In this document: positions 39,380-49,915 of the stretch, one piece after another
How the letters are laid out: each line of letters starts with the position of its first letter
Position numbering within the stretch: position 1 is the stretch's first letter
Source of the DNA: Saprospiraceae bacterium
GTDB taxonomy: Bacteria; Bacteroidota; Bacteroidia; Chitinophagales; Saprospiraceae
Assembly: GCA_965222105.1 (NCBI GenBank)
Contig: CBDCTQ010000080.1
Location: forward strand, 18,638-82,637
Direction of reading: 5' to 3'
Length of the DNA: 64,000 nt
The notes under the pieces: generated by a model
What the model was told of the DNA's origin: nothing
Seen by the model: the letters and a program-made list of their open reading frames with translations, nothing else
Databases searched by the model: none
Program-made: the position numbers and the translations under genes

Positions 39380-40065
39380 AGCCCCCCGCCTGGAAACGGC
39401 TGCTGAGCTACATCCTGGAGCTGCATGTGGAAAGTACATCCAGCCAACACAACCCCCACCTATATGTGAGCTTGAAAAAGGGAAGGTACCAGTTGTGTAC
39501 TGCCAACGCGGTGTACTCCTATGGTGATCTTTACGATAATTTTTCCAACGCTTTTCAGCAAATGGACCTCGAACGGGCCAACATCAAAACCGTCCTGGTG
39601 CTGGGGTTGGGGTTGGGCAGTATTCCGCTGATCCTTGAAAAATGCTTCAAAAAGCTGTATCATTACACCGCCATCGAGATCGACGAAGAGGTGGTCTATC
39701 TGGCCAGCAAATATACGTTGCCGCAAATGGAGTCGCCCGTCGAAGTGGTTTGTACCGACGCCTTAGCATACGTACAACAATGCAGGCAAAAGTTCGACCT
39801 CGTCGCCGTCGATCTTTTTATAGACGATGTCATCCCCGACGATTTTCAAAAAACCGGATTTTTAGAACAGCTCGGCAAGTTGATATCTCCTGGCGGCACC
39901 TTGTTGTACAATCACCTGGCTTACACCCCCTGCGACGTTGAAAATGCCCGGACGTTTTATGAGTCTTCTTTCAAGCAGGTTTTCCGAAAGGGTACGGTCT
40001 TAAAAACTAAGGGGAACTGGATGATGGTTAGTTCGGGGGAATGGTTGACTGCCTGCGGCAGTTGA
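39376..40065 (+). CDS. Spermidine synthase-like / class I SAM-dependent methyltransferase family protein
   Basis: VLVLGLGLGSIP (motif I) ... DLVAVDLF pattern of spermine/spermidine synthase-like MTases. ATGA start/stop overlap with the upstream gene. Confidence 0.6.
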   Translation: MKPPAWKRLLSYILELHVESTSSQHNPHLYVSLKKGRYQLCTANAVYSYGDLYDNFSNAFQQMDLERANIKTVLVLGLGLGSIPLILEKCFKKLYHYTAIEIDEEVVYLASKYTLPQMESPVEVVCTDALAYVQQCRQKFDLVAVDLFIDDVIPDDFQKTGFLEQLGKLISPGGTLLYNHLAYTPCDVENARTFYESSFKQVFRKGTVLKTKGNWMMVSSGEWLTACGS

Positions 40066-40082
40066 AATTTGCTAATTCGTGC

Positions 40083-40138
40083 CATGAAGGCGGAACGTAG
40101 TGGAGTCCCCCGTAGCAAGTCCGGGGCAGGCTTTCATG
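40083..40138 (-). mobile_element. 56-bp MITE/REP-like palindromic element with catgaaRgc terminal inverted repeats
   Basis: Read on the minus strand it is catgaaagcctgccccggacttgctacgggggactccactacgttccgccttcatg. It shares its ends and core hairpin with the element at 58351-58485. Confidence 0.5.
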
Positions 40139-40180
40139 GTGCTGATGATTGATTTATTGATGGCGTAAGAAAAAAACAAC

Positions 40181-40696
40181 ATGCTACAAAAAAACGTGCG
40201 ATTTCTATTGGTCTTATTGTTCCTCGTCTTGGGGGTGGTCATCCACATTCGGCAGGGCATAGGGGGTGCCTGGTACCTGTATGCAGCAGCGCTTTTGTTG
40301 TTGGCTACGTATTTTCTGTTTGGCAATGTATGGAGTGCGTTCAGTTTGCTGAAAAAAGGCAAATTGGCGCAAGCCGAACACATCGTCGACCAGATCAAAC
40401 GGCCGGAGTGGTTGCTGAAAAAGCACCGGGCTTACTACCATTTCATCAAGGGGATGGCCACCTTGCAGCATAAAGAATTTGCAGAAGCAGAGCAGCACCT
40501 CCAGTCGGCCCTGCAACTCGGATTGCGCACTCCCAACGATACAGCGCTGGTCAACCTGAACCTCGCACACCTGTGCCTGCGCCAAAAACGCAATGAGGAA
40601 GCCCGCCATTTTTTGCAGGAAGCTAAAAAGCTACCCTTCAATGACCTGATGATGAAAGACAAAATTGCGGAGATGGAAAGAGCATTGGCCACCTGA
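40181..40696 (+). CDS. Membrane-anchored TPR-like hypothetical protein (paralog A)
   Basis: Two N-terminal TM helices, then a helical TPR-like region. Paralogous to 41357-41953 (shared RAYYHFIKG / RAFYYMIKG and EEAExxLxxAxxL segments). Confidence 0.55.
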   Translation: MLQKNVRFLLVLLFLVLGVVIHIRQGIGGAWYLYAAALLLLATYFLFGNVWSAFSLLKKGKLAQAEHIVDQIKRPEWLLKKHRAYYHFIKGMATLQHKEFAEAEQHLQSALQLGLRTPNDTALVNLNLAHLCLRQKRNEEARHFLQEAKKLPFNDLMMKDKIAEMERALAT

Positions 40697-40716
40697 TCAC
40701 AACACCACCCATTATC

Positions 40717-41238
40717 ATGACCCGGATCAAACTTCTAAAAGGCGACATTACCCAGATAAGCGCCGACGCCATCGTCAATGCAGCCAACTCATCCTTACTT
40801 GGAGGAGGTGGCGTCGACGGTGCCATCCACCGGGCTGGGGGCCCTGCCATCCTTGCAGCGTGTATGCAGATACGCGACCGGCAAGGGGGCTGCCCCACCG
40901 GAGAAGCGGTACTCACTACTGCCGGAAACCTACCCGCCGTGAAGGTGATCCATACTGTGGGGCCGATTTGGAATGGTGACCAAGAGGGGGAGCCTGAACT
41001 GCTGGCTTCCTGCTATAAAAATGCCCTCCAACTGGCTGTCGACAATCAGTTGGGCACCATCGCTTTTCCCAACATCAGTACGGGGGTATACGGTTTTCCA
41101 AAAGAGAGGGCCGCCGTCATTGCCATTGAAACGACCGAGCAATTTTTAGCTCAAAATGACCAGGTTGCAGAGGTATTATTCGTCTGCTTTGATGAGGAAA
41201 ATTACCGGCTCTATGAGCAATTGCTGTCACCCATCTGA
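40717..41238 (+). CDS. Macro domain protein (O-acetyl-ADP-ribose deacetylase, YmdB-like)
   Basis: [34 protein letters not shown] ... [12 protein letters not shown] canonical macro-domain motifs. Confidence 0.9.
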   Translation: MTRIKLLKGDITQISADAIVNAANSSLLGGGGVDGAIHRAGGPAILAACMQIRDRQGGCPTGEAVLTTAGNLPAVKVIHTVGPIWNGDQEGEPELLASCYKNALQLAVDNQLGTIAFPNISTGVYGFPKERAAVIAIETTEQFLAQNDQVAEVLFVCFDEENYRLYEQLLSPI

Positions 41239-41356
41239 TGCCTTTTTTCGGGAAACCGGGATTACCGAGGGCATTTTTATAGTTCAGAACCAAGACTTAC
41301 CCGCCAAAAAAGCATACCTTTGTGGGGGCCAAAAACCCGTTACAAATAAGAACTAC

Positions 41357-41953
41357 ATGTTTACCATCAATATATATTTGCGCTTTGCGCTGATCGCCTT
41401 ATGCCTGATCGGAGGTATCGCCCTGGCCTTTGCCTACGGCTTTTGGTATGCCTTTCCCTTTCTTTTGACCGGTATCGTCCTCTTGCTTGGCTACATCTTT
41501 CTCGGAACGGTGCAGTCGACTGCCCAACTGGTGCAGGATATGAAATTTGTGGAAGCGGAAAAGCGCATCAACATGACCCGCTGGCCCAACTTCCTGTACA
41601 AAACCAACCGGGCTTTTTACTACATGATCAAAGGCACCCTGGCCATGCAGCGCAAAGACAATGAAGAAGCCGAAGAATGGCTCAACAAGGCGCAAACCCT
41701 CGAACTGCCCACCGACAACGAAAAGGCCATGGTACTCATGCAACTGGCCAACCTCCATGCCAGCAAAAGCAAATGGAACAAAGCCAAATCGTTGGTGAAC
41801 CGCATTAAAAAACTGAAGATCACCGAACCTCAGCTCAAAGAACAGGTCAAACAGTTTGAAAAAGCGATGAATCAAAATCGCGGCGCCATGCGGCACCAAC
41901 AGGGTATGCACGGCCGGGGACGAAAGGGTGGCGGATTCCGCCGCATCAAATGA
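41357..41953 (+). CDS. Membrane-anchored TPR-like hypothetical protein (paralog B)
   Basis: Start chosen at MFTINIYLRF, giving two TM helices. The ORF track start at 41156 would add a non-hydrophobic leader. Gly/Arg-rich C-terminal tail. Confidence 0.5.
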   Translation: MFTINIYLRFALIALCLIGGIALAFAYGFWYAFPFLLTGIVLLLGYIFLGTVQSTAQLVQDMKFVEAEKRINMTRWPNFLYKTNRAFYYMIKGTLAMQRKDNEEAEEWLNKAQTLELPTDNEKAMVLMQLANLHASKSKWNKAKSLVNRIKKLKITEPQLKEQVKQFEKAMNQNRGAMRHQQGMHGRGRKGGGFRRIK

Positions 41954-41966
41954 TGCCTTTTCTGTT

Positions 41967-44900
41967 TTATTTGACGAAAGTCCAGTCGTCGGCATACATC
42001 CCATACACATAGTCGAAGTCGTTGCAAAGGACGTAAGCCTCATTTTTCCCTTTTTCGGAATTGACGTGATATACAAAAACGCGGATGCCCCCTTCTTTCA
42101 GCTTGCGCAAAAAAGCCAGGTCTGTCCGCAGGGCATTGCGCGACAGGGCCACCTGTCCGATCTTTTTTTCCAGTAGCCAGGCTACCTTATCCCCCGACAG
42201 TTCTCCCAGCAATTTTTCGGAGGGTATCAGTTTTATGCCCTCGCGGATGGCCTCTTCTGCAGCACCAATGGAAAACAGTTCCATCACCAGGCGGCTTTTA
42301 TCGACGAATGCGGAAGCAAATTGTTGAGGCTCGTCGACTTTGTCGGTTATCAAAATGGCGTCGGGGTGGCTGGCAAACCAATCGTTGATCTGATCCATCG
42401 CCAGGGGGGTGTATTTTTGCAGGATCTTGTGCTTCAAAAATTCCTCGGTAGTAACCGGCATCACGCCTTTGTACCCGGTATGTCTGCGCCAGGTACCCCA
42501 GTCGTGGAGGGCTACGTAGTTGTCGTCGCTGGTTTGGCGAATGTCCAGTTCAAAGTACCGGAATCCTTTTTTATAGCTCAGGTTCATTGCCTCCAGGGAG
42601 TTGGTGTAGCGGTTGCCGCCGATGGCTCCACCTGCATGGGCGATGAACTTCGACACGTCGGCCCCGTCGGTTTCTATCTGCTGTTGGGAGCGGAGGGGCG
42701 AACGCACCACGTCGGGCAAGCTGATGGATATGGGGCGGCTGGCCTTCCACTCACTGATGAAGCCGTGATAGGCATAACCGATGTAGGTTTCGCCGGGTTG
42801 GAGGGTGGCTAGCTGTTCGCAACCGATCTTCTCAAATTCGGAAGCATATTGTTGGATATCGGCTTGCCATTGTTGGGCTACCAGAGCAAAAAACCGTTTT
42901 TCCTGGTTCAGCGTCTGGATGGTTTGCCGCAAGGTATCGGCTTTTTTTGGATTGGCAGCAATATCGAAATGGGTGACGAGGTATTGTTCCCCGTTTTTGG
43001 TGAGGAGGTTGATGCCTTTTTCGATGGGCAGTTTTAATTTTCCCAGTTTGATCTGTCCGGGGGTAAGCAATTCACCCGTGCCTCCGGTCCCACTGGTGAG
43101 GAACAGGAGGTCGTAAGGCGTTTCGTAATGCGGCCTTCGCGGCAGCCGAAATTCTTTGTCGGTGAAATCCCAGTCTTTCAGGGTGGCGATGTCGCTTTCG
43201 CTAAATTCGATGGCCCGGTCTCCGCTGCGTAGAATACCTACTTTGTTTTCTCTTCGGAGGTAGGCCATCAGGCGGCCATTTTTAATGCGGACGATCAGGT
43301 GGGGGTGATAGCTTTTGTATTTTGATGTTTCAAACGCTTCGAAGTGGGAGGCAGATTCGTGTTTGACGACGCGCATGCGCCGGTCGAAAGTAAATACGTG
43401 GACTTTTCCGGGGTTGGTATTGAGGTTGTTTACTTTCAAATTTGCGGAAGCAGAACTGAGTTTTAAGTTAGAAGGCGGCACATATTCCAGACGAAAGCCA
43501 TCGCTGAAATCATCGGTTACCAGCGCCGCCTCGTTGAGGGCTACCACCTCTTTTTTGTGTTTTTGGATATAGGAAGGAATAGCAACATCTTTGGGAATAA
43601 ATTCACTAAAAAATTGAACGTTGTGTTGCACCTGCGCGGCCTCCAGGATCAGCTTTGGAATATCGAGTTGGCTGATCGTTTCGTCAGGGTTGAAACTGAG
43701 GTCGCTTGTATCTGCATTGGTGAGGAGAAATAATTGCCGGAAGTCTTTGATGTCATTGAGGATGACAGGGATAGTACCCATTATCAAATGATCGGGGTAG
43801 ATCAGAAAACAAGTGTTTTCCAAAAAGCCTTTATCTTCCAGAAATTGAATGAACGAACCGATGAGGTAGTCCACTCCCGCCACCATAAATTCCAGTTGGG
43901 AACGTTGGGGCGGCACCAGGCTTTCGAGCCTGGAGTCGTACACCCCGTCGGGCAGGTGGGTGCTGATGGTCGACATGAATAAGGCGAAGGGCTGGCCCGT
44001 TATTTCCTTTTTCAAAACCAGTTCGCGGGCTTCGTCCAGGAGGTCTTTGTCGTGCAGGCCCCATCCCGACTTCGGATGTTTTCTCATCAGGTCTTTTTCC
44101 GACACTACCTCAAAGAGGCAGGCCTCCAACATTTTGTCGACGCCGCCAAACTCTTTGTTACCCATCAGGTAAGTGAGGTCGTATCCTGCCTTTTTCAGTA
44201 TGTGCCCGACCCCTGTCAGATTCAGTTGGTTGGCTCTTTGAAAAACCTCATTGGGTTTGCTTCTGAAGTAGGCCGGAAAACCGGTAATGGATGTGTAGAT
44301 GGAAGCTGCCGTCCAATCGCTTCCCGGGCTTTGCGACATGTTGAAAAGGGTGAGGGAGTCGGCCATGGCACGCAGGTTGGGAGTTAGGTGATCCAGTGGC
44401 TTTCGCAAAAAACCGTGTTCGAACGATTCCATGGAAATGACAATGATGTTTTTTCCCTTTGTTGCCTTTACGTCCTCGGGTGTGACGTATTGATCCGGGG
44501 GGATGTTCAACGCCTTCAGCGCTTCGTCAAAACTTTTTTGGGAAACCGTGGTCACCCTTCCCACTTCAAACAGGTTGTACAATACACCCTCGGGAATGGA
44601 AAGTAACAGTCCTCCCAGCAAAAGGGCACCCAGAAGTCTTCCCAGTGGTAGGTCCCATTTGCGTAAGCGACGGCTGCCGAAATAAATACCTGCCAATAAC
44701 AATACAAACACGCAGACCAGTACGATGGCCTGCCACAGAAAAAACTCCCTGACCAGGGCCCAGTCGAGGGTGCCGGTATGCATATAGTATTTATAATCGA
44801 TCAGGCTGCCCCCCATGTACACTGAACTGACTTGCAAACATATAAACCCAGCCAACAGCACCGACATCGGCCAGGCCATCCACCTGCTGCGAAACAAAGC

Positions 44901-44996
44901 GGCGATCAATACCGATACTACCAAAAGGATCAGAAGTTGAAACAGGATATACAACACGAGACAATAAATTAAACCAGGAAGGCCACTCGCTCTCAC
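41967..44996 (-). CDS. Membrane protein fusing an LtaS-like sulfatase/phosphoglycerol-transferase domain to a glycerophosphodiester phosphodiesterase (GDPD) domain
   Basis: 1009 aa. N-terminal 5-TM region. Alkaline-phosphatase-superfamily sulfatase core (NIIVISMESFEHGFL...). C-terminal GDPD motifs (FIAHAGGAIGGNRYTNSLEAM...FRYFELDIRQTSDDNYVALHDW). 4-nt ATGA overlap with the lnt stop. Confidence 0.7.
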   Translation of the reverse strand: MRASGLPGLIYCLVLYILFQLLILLVVSVLIAALFRSRWMAWPMSVLLAGFICLQVSSVYMGGSLIDYKYYMHTGTLDWALVREFFLWQAIVLVCVFVLLLAGIYFGSRRLRKWDLPLGRLLGALLLGGLLLSIPEGVLYNLFEVGRVTTVSQKSFDEALKALNIPPDQYVTPEDVKATKGKNIIVISMESFEHGFLRKPLDHLTPNLRAMADSLTLFNMSQSPGSDWTAASIYTSITGFPAYFRSKPNEVFQRANQLNLTGVGHILKKAGYDLTYLMGNKEFGGVDKMLEACLFEVVSEKDLMRKHPKSGWGLHDKDLLDEARELVLKKEITGQPFALFMSTISTHLPDGVYDSRLESLVPPQRSQLEFMVAGVDYLIGSFIQFLEDKGFLENTCFLIYPDHLIMGTIPVILNDIKDFRQLFLLTNADTSDLSFNPDETISQLDIPKLILEAAQVQHNVQFFSEFIPKDVAIPSYIQKHKKEVVALNEAALVTDDFSDGFRLEYVPPSNLKLSSASANLKVNNLNTNPGKVHVFTFDRRMRVVKHESASHFEAFETSKYKSYHPHLIVRIKNGRLMAYLRRENKVGILRSGDRAIEFSESDIATLKDWDFTDKEFRLPRRPHYETPYDLLFLTSGTGGTGELLTPGQIKLGKLKLPIEKGINLLTKNGEQYLVTHFDIAANPKKADTLRQTIQTLNQEKRFFALVAQQWQADIQQYASEFEKIGCEQLATLQPGETYIGYAYHGFISEWKASRPISISLPDVVRSPLRSQQQIETDGADVSKFIAHAGGAIGGNRYTNSLEAMNLSYKKGFRYFELDIRQTSDDNYVALHDWGTWRRHTGYKGVMPVTTEEFLKHKILQKYTPLAMDQINDWFASHPDAILITDKVDEPQQFASAFVDKSRLVMELFSIGAAEEAIREGIKLIPSEKLLGELSGDKVAWLLEKKIGQVALSRNALRTDLAFLRKLKEGGIRVFVYHVNSEKGKNEAYVLCNDFDYVYGMYADDWTFVK

Positions 44997-46834
44997 GCGT
45001 CGGACGAAGAGGCGCGCTTCCGCATCAAACCTTTTACAATTGCATTTAAGATTAACAATATACTTACAAAACCAGCTACCCGGCCGATCAAATCACCCCA
45101 CTGAACATAAAACGTTTTCTCTTTGTTGAATTGTATACTTCCCCGTACCGCTGCTTCTTCGTCATATCCGGTGGCTTGACTCACATCGCCCCGCTGATTG
45201 ATGAAGCAGGAAATCCCCGTATTAGCCGACCGGGCAATGCTGCGTCGCAATTCGATGGCCCGCAGCCGCGCAAAAGCCAGGTGCTGGCGGTGGCCGGCGG
45301 TATTGTCCCACCACCCATCGTTGGTAACGATGAACAGGGCTTCCGCTCCGTTTTTGACATAACCGGTACAGTACTCCCCAAACACAGACTCAAAGCAGAT
45401 GACTGGTGCCACCCCGGAGTCTCCGCTTTTGAATGCCGATCGTTCCCGCTGCGTGGCAAAACTACTTGGAGAGCCGCCCAGCTGATCTACCACCGGCTTC
45501 ATAAAAAACAACAACTCGTGATGTGGAAATATTTCTGCCCCTGGTACCAGTTTTGACTTGAGGTAAAAGTCGACCTCTTTGCTACCACTGGTGAGTTGGA
45601 TGGCGGAGTTGTGGCTTTCCCAGAAAAGGGTATCGCCCCGGGAGCGGACTCGGGTGCGTACGGCCGGGCCATGCGGTTCGCCGGGATCATATACTTTGTA
45701 GCTTCCCAGTCCGGTTACGAGTTTTAGTTTGGGATATTGGTCGATGAACCGTTGGAGGGTTGTAATTTTTTTGTTGGTGCGCATCGTGTTGGTTCTGATG
45801 CTGTTGAAACTCGACTCGGGAAAGACGAGGTATTCCGTCTCCGGCGTGATGGCAGCGGACGATAGTTTTAAAAACCGATCCATCGTCTGCGAGCTGGTAA
45901 TGTCGAATTTAACGTAGTGCGGTTCAAAATTGGGTTGTATAACAACAACTTCCCGAAAGGTACCTTTTTCCTTGCGGGTATAAAACAGGACAAGAGAAAC
46001 CAGTACGGGCAATCCCAGCAGGAGTACGGGTTTCCCCCAAAAACCGGATTTTGTGGATGTATAGTTGGATACCAATTCTTTTTGCAGGCTTTCCAGCCCG
46101 AACCATCCCGCCAGTTTTGGTGCCAACCACTTAAATAACAAGGCATTTGCGGAAAGTATCCACAGGCTGCCGCCAAATACGCCGGTAAACTCATACCACT
46201 GTACCCACGACGGGAAGGTGGCGAAGCTGTTGCCCAGCGTCAGCCAGGGCCAGGTGAGCTCCTGCCGCATGTGCAAATACTCAAAGGTGATCCAAAAGGC
46301 GATGAAAGCCATCCACTGCGAGCCGCGCCCCACCGTTTTTTTCACCTGGTGGTACAACACAAAAGGGATAGCCATGAAAAAGGAGTTCATCAGAAAAGCG
46401 AAGAGCCCCGCAAAAAAGGCCGTGTTGGCCACCCAATAAGTGGTCAGCAGATTCCAGACGACGAAGCTGTGATAGGCGTATTTGAATACCTCCCACTTCG
46501 CCGTACCCGCCCTGCTCTTCGCGATGTCTTCCTCTACCATCAAGAGCGGAATAAATGCGACAAACATCAGCGGCGTTAGTGGTATCATCGGAAAGCCCAA
46601 CCACAACAAGATCCCAGACAAGGTAGCCAGGCCAAATCTTTTGGCGTTGTTGGTATGGCGGGAAAAACGGGGGAGCAGGATAAGGGCAATCGCTGCCCAG
46701 GCAAAGAGGAGAAAAAACAAGGGGGTGTACCCCCAGAGTTGTTGGTCCTGATGTTGGTTGTACATCCACCACCCTACACCTATGGCCAGCAATAAGCTGA
46801 TGAAGATCCCTCCTATTCGGATTTTTTTTTGCAT
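44993..46834 (-). CDS. lnt: Apolipoprotein N-acyltransferase
   Basis: 613 aa. Multi-TM N-terminal domain plus C-terminal carbon-nitrogen hydrolase domain with conserved E, K and C (VICFESVF) catalytic-triad context. Confidence 0.85.
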   Translation of the reverse strand: MQKKIRIGGIFISLLLAIGVGWWMYNQHQDQQLWGYTPLFFLLFAWAAIALILLPRFSRHTNNAKRFGLATLSGILLWLGFPMIPLTPLMFVAFIPLLMVEEDIAKSRAGTAKWEVFKYAYHSFVVWNLLTTYWVANTAFFAGLFAFLMNSFFMAIPFVLYHQVKKTVGRGSQWMAFIAFWITFEYLHMRQELTWPWLTLGNSFATFPSWVQWYEFTGVFGGSLWILSANALLFKWLAPKLAGWFGLESLQKELVSNYTSTKSGFWGKPVLLLGLPVLVSLVLFYTRKEKGTFREVVVIQPNFEPHYVKFDITSSQTMDRFLKLSSAAITPETEYLVFPESSFNSIRTNTMRTNKKITTLQRFIDQYPKLKLVTGLGSYKVYDPGEPHGPAVRTRVRSRGDTLFWESHNSAIQLTSGSKEVDFYLKSKLVPGAEIFPHHELLFFMKPVVDQLGGSPSSFATQRERSAFKSGDSGVAPVICFESVFGEYCTGYVKNGAEALFIVTNDGWWDNTAGHRQHLAFARLRAIELRRSIARSANTGISCFINQRGDVSQATGYDEEAAVRGSIQFNKEKTFYVQWGDLIGRVAGFVSILLILNAIVKGLMRKRASSSDA

Positions 46835-47295
46835 GTAATTATGGCGAAAACAAACAAATTTTATTTAAAATTTTTGTTTTTAACAAAATATGTTTTATGT
46901 TTGTGCCGTGCTTCGATTGCACGAAGATATCTTCAATTTTTATATCCTGATTTTCCCCGATAGTTATCGGCCTTGATTGGGGAGGTAGAGGTATGTTGGT
47001 TTAGCAAATTGCGGACTGTGTTCCGGCGGCGGAGGCAGCGGGAGGGTCCCACCCTCAAGAACAAAGCCATGTTCAACACACAAATTTAATTTTTTACCAT
47101 ATGTTTGTCATCCAGCCCCTTCCACTCAAAGAGTGTGAGAGAATATTCAAAGAAGTGTATCATTTTCCTTCCCCGCCCTAGCTCTTTAGGGAAAACCTTC
47201 GCACTGACACACTTTTTGACCACCGTGGAGTATTGATATGTGTCGGCACTCCGAAAAGTAAATAATTGGCAATAACTCATCCTATTTCACGAGCC

Positions 47296-49422
47296 TCAAC
47301 TAACCCCAAACCCATTCTCCCACTCCTCTCCGGGACGAACAAACGCCAAATTTCCTTCCTCGTCTTCTGCCATGAGCACCATCCCCTGCGACTCCACCCC
47401 CATCATTTTCCGCGGCGCCAGGTTGGCGAGGAGGAGCACCTGTTGGCCGACCACCTCTTCCGGTTTGAAGTGCTTGGCGATACCCGACAGGACGGTCCGT
47501 TGTTCAAAACCCAAGTCTACTTTTAGCTGTAGCAGTTTGTTCGATTTTTCCACGGGTTTGGCCTCGGTGATGGTGGCGGTGCGTATATCCAGTTTGGTAA
47601 AATCGTCGAACTGGATGGTTGGCTTCAGTGGTGGCCGTTCTGGCCCTTTCCGGGCATCGAGGAGGGCCTGGAGCTTTGCTTTTTCTTCTTCAACGATTTT
47701 CATCCGGCTTTGGTCTTTGCGGTCGTTTATCTTTTGAAACAGCAAATCGGGTTCACCGATGGCATGGCCTTTCGGCAAAATGGGTTGGCCCTCCTCTATT
47801 TGTTTTGCAAGGCTCGCCCAGTCGCCGTTGACCACTTTGGGGAGGCGCAGCAGAGAGCGTACCTTATCGGAGGTGAAGGGCACAAAGGGCTGGCAAACCA
47901 CGCTGAGCAACCCAACGATCTGCAAGCTCACATACAAGGTCTCCTTCACAGCCGGGCTGTCGGGCTCTGTTTTCCAGATGGCCCAGGGGGCCGCATCCTG
48001 GAGATAGACATTTCCCCACGAAGATATCTCCATCAGCGTTTGGGCGGCAGCCTTAAAACTGAACGACTCCAGGTCGGAGGACAGCTTTTGTAACAATTCA
48101 TTTACAGGCGCCAAAACCGTCTTCAAGTCCACACCGGATTCCGGCACAACGCCCTGGAAGTATTTATTGGTCAGTACGATGACGCGGTTGACGAAGTTGC
48201 CGAGGTTGTCGGCCAGTTCTTTGTCGTAGAAGTCGACGAAATCGTCCCATTTAAAATCGCTGTCGCGGTTTTCGGGCATGTTGCGCACGAGGGCATAGCG
48301 TAGGGCATCTTCCTTGTTGGCAAAGTCTTTAAACTTTTCGAGGTATTCGTATTGTTCGATGCCCACGCCCAGTGATTTGGAAAACTTCTCTCCTTCAAAA
48401 TTCAGAAACTGGTTGGCGGGCACATTTACCGGCAACTGGTAATCGCCGTGTGCTTTGAGCATAGCCGGAAAGACGATGCAATGAAAAACGATGTTGTCTT
48501 TGCCGATGAAGTGTATCAGTTGGCAGTCGTCGCTTTGCCAGTAATCTTTCCAGTTTTTATCGTTGTCGGCGGCCCATTGTTTGGTGGCGGAGATGTAGCC
48601 GATGGGCGCGTCGAACCAAACGTACAACACCTTCCCCTCCGCCTCCGGCAGCGGTACGGGGATGCCCCAGGAAAGGTCGCGGGTGATGGCACGGGGTTGG
48701 AGTCCTCCTTCGCCATCGAGCCAGGAGAGGCATTGGCCTACGACGTGTTTTTTCCAATCTCTGGGGTTGTGGTGCAGGGAGCCGTCGAGTTGGCCGTTTT
48801 TGATCCAGTCGCGCAGCCAGTCGGCGTGTTTGTCGAGTTTGAAATACCAGTGTTTGGTTTTCCGTTTGACGGGTGTTTTCCCGCTAAGGGTAGACCGCGG
48901 GTGGAGCAGTTCGGTGGGCGACAGGGTGGAGCCGCAATTTTCGCATTGGTCGCCGTAGGCGTTGGGGTTGGCGCATTTGGGGCATTCGCCGACGATGTAC
49001 CGGTCGGCGAGAAACTGTTGGTATTCTTCGTCAAAAAGTTGTTCGGATTCGCGGACTTCAAACTCGCCGCCTTTTTCGTAAAGGGCGGTAAAAAAGTCCT
49101 GCGCGGTCTGATGGTGGAGGGGGTCGGAGGTGCGGTGGTAGATATCAAAAGAGATGCCCAGCCGCTCGAAGGTCTCCTTGTTGAGTTGGTGGTATTTGTC
49201 GATGATGGACCGGGGCGACACCCCCTCCTTCTTGGCCCGGATGGTGATGGCGGCACCGTGTTCGTCACTTCCGCAAACGAAGACCACATCGTGCCCCTGC
49301 AAGCGGAGGTAGCGCACGTAGATGTCGGCATTGAGGTAGGCGCCTGCCAGGTGGCCCAGGTGAAGGGAGCCGTTGGCATAGGGAAGAGCCGATGTGATGA
49401 GGTATCTTTTTGGTTGGTCCAT
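47296..49422 (-). CDS. metG: Methionine--tRNA ligase with C-terminal tRNA-binding (EMAP/Trbp111-like) domain
   Basis: HLGH (YANGSLHLGHLAG) and KFSKS motifs. Zn knuckle CPKC...CENC. C-terminal OB-fold tRNA-binding domain. The 331-aa antisense ORF is an artefact. Confidence 0.95.
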   Translation of the reverse strand: MDQPKRYLITSALPYANGSLHLGHLAGAYLNADIYVRYLRLQGHDVVFVCGSDEHGAAITIRAKKEGVSPRSIIDKYHQLNKETFERLGISFDIYHRTSDPLHHQTAQDFFTALYEKGGEFEVRESEQLFDEEYQQFLADRYIVGECPKCANPNAYGDQCENCGSTLSPTELLHPRSTLSGKTPVKRKTKHWYFKLDKHADWLRDWIKNGQLDGSLHHNPRDWKKHVVGQCLSWLDGEGGLQPRAITRDLSWGIPVPLPEAEGKVLYVWFDAPIGYISATKQWAADNDKNWKDYWQSDDCQLIHFIGKDNIVFHCIVFPAMLKAHGDYQLPVNVPANQFLNFEGEKFSKSLGVGIEQYEYLEKFKDFANKEDALRYALVRNMPENRDSDFKWDDFVDFYDKELADNLGNFVNRVIVLTNKYFQGVVPESGVDLKTVLAPVNELLQKLSSDLESFSFKAAAQTLMEISSWGNVYLQDAAPWAIWKTEPDSPAVKETLYVSLQIVGLLSVVCQPFVPFTSDKVRSLLRLPKVVNGDWASLAKQIEEGQPILPKGHAIGEPDLLFQKINDRKDQSRMKIVEEEKAKLQALLDARKGPERPPLKPTIQFDDFTKLDIRTATITEAKPVEKSNKLLQLKVDLGFEQRTVLSGIAKHFKPEEVVGQQVLLLANLAPRKMMGVESQGMVLMAEDEEGNLAFVRPGEEWENGFGVS

Positions 49423-49845
49423 GTACTGGTGGTGAAGTTGTAGAAATCGCGGGCGAATATACGGGTTTGGGCGCTATTGATGTGGTAAAAACGGGATAAT
49501 CTGTTTATTGGTTCCTGCTGTTGGTGTTTTCAGTCCGGTGCTGTAGATAAAAGATTGCCTATCGATACGGCCTATAACATGTTCCGTCAATATCAATAAA
49601 CGGGCAAAACCTTTTTTAGCTATTAGACTTTTCACAAGAGAATTTCCTGACCTTATAAAAAATATTTGACTATCTGACAAATTAGTATTACCTTTGATAT
49701 ATGTTCGACGTTGAACTCCCCGGAACCGGTGCCATGAACAACTAAAACTACACCACCTCTTCCGGATAATAACAGACCCTAACTGACATTTTTTCTTCCA
49801 CCGATCGGCGTGACTGTTGTGGTGGTTGTGTATTGATGTATAATG

Positions 49846-49915
49846 GTTTGTGATTTTCTTGCAATCGCCCGCCCCCCAACCCCCTGAAGGGGCGGATCAG
49901 CCCGCAAAATCACAT
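49846..49915. repeat. Structured GC-rich palindromic element related to 15735-15815
   Basis: Outer imperfect inverted repeat gtgattttcttgc ... gcaaaatcac enclosing ccgcccgccccccaaccccctgaaggggcggatcagcccgc. The core cccctgaagggg hairpin is identical to that of the 15.7-kb element. Confidence 0.4.

Noticed and set aside
47086-47280. 64-aa ORF in the lnt-metG spacer
   Set aside because: No start context, no domain features and odd composition. It is more likely a non-coding 3' region of metG.
48448-49443. 331-aa + strand ORF
   Set aside because: It is entirely antisense to metG, which has unambiguous aaRS motifs. Its Gly/Val/Phe-rich composition is typical of antisense translation of a GC-rich gene.
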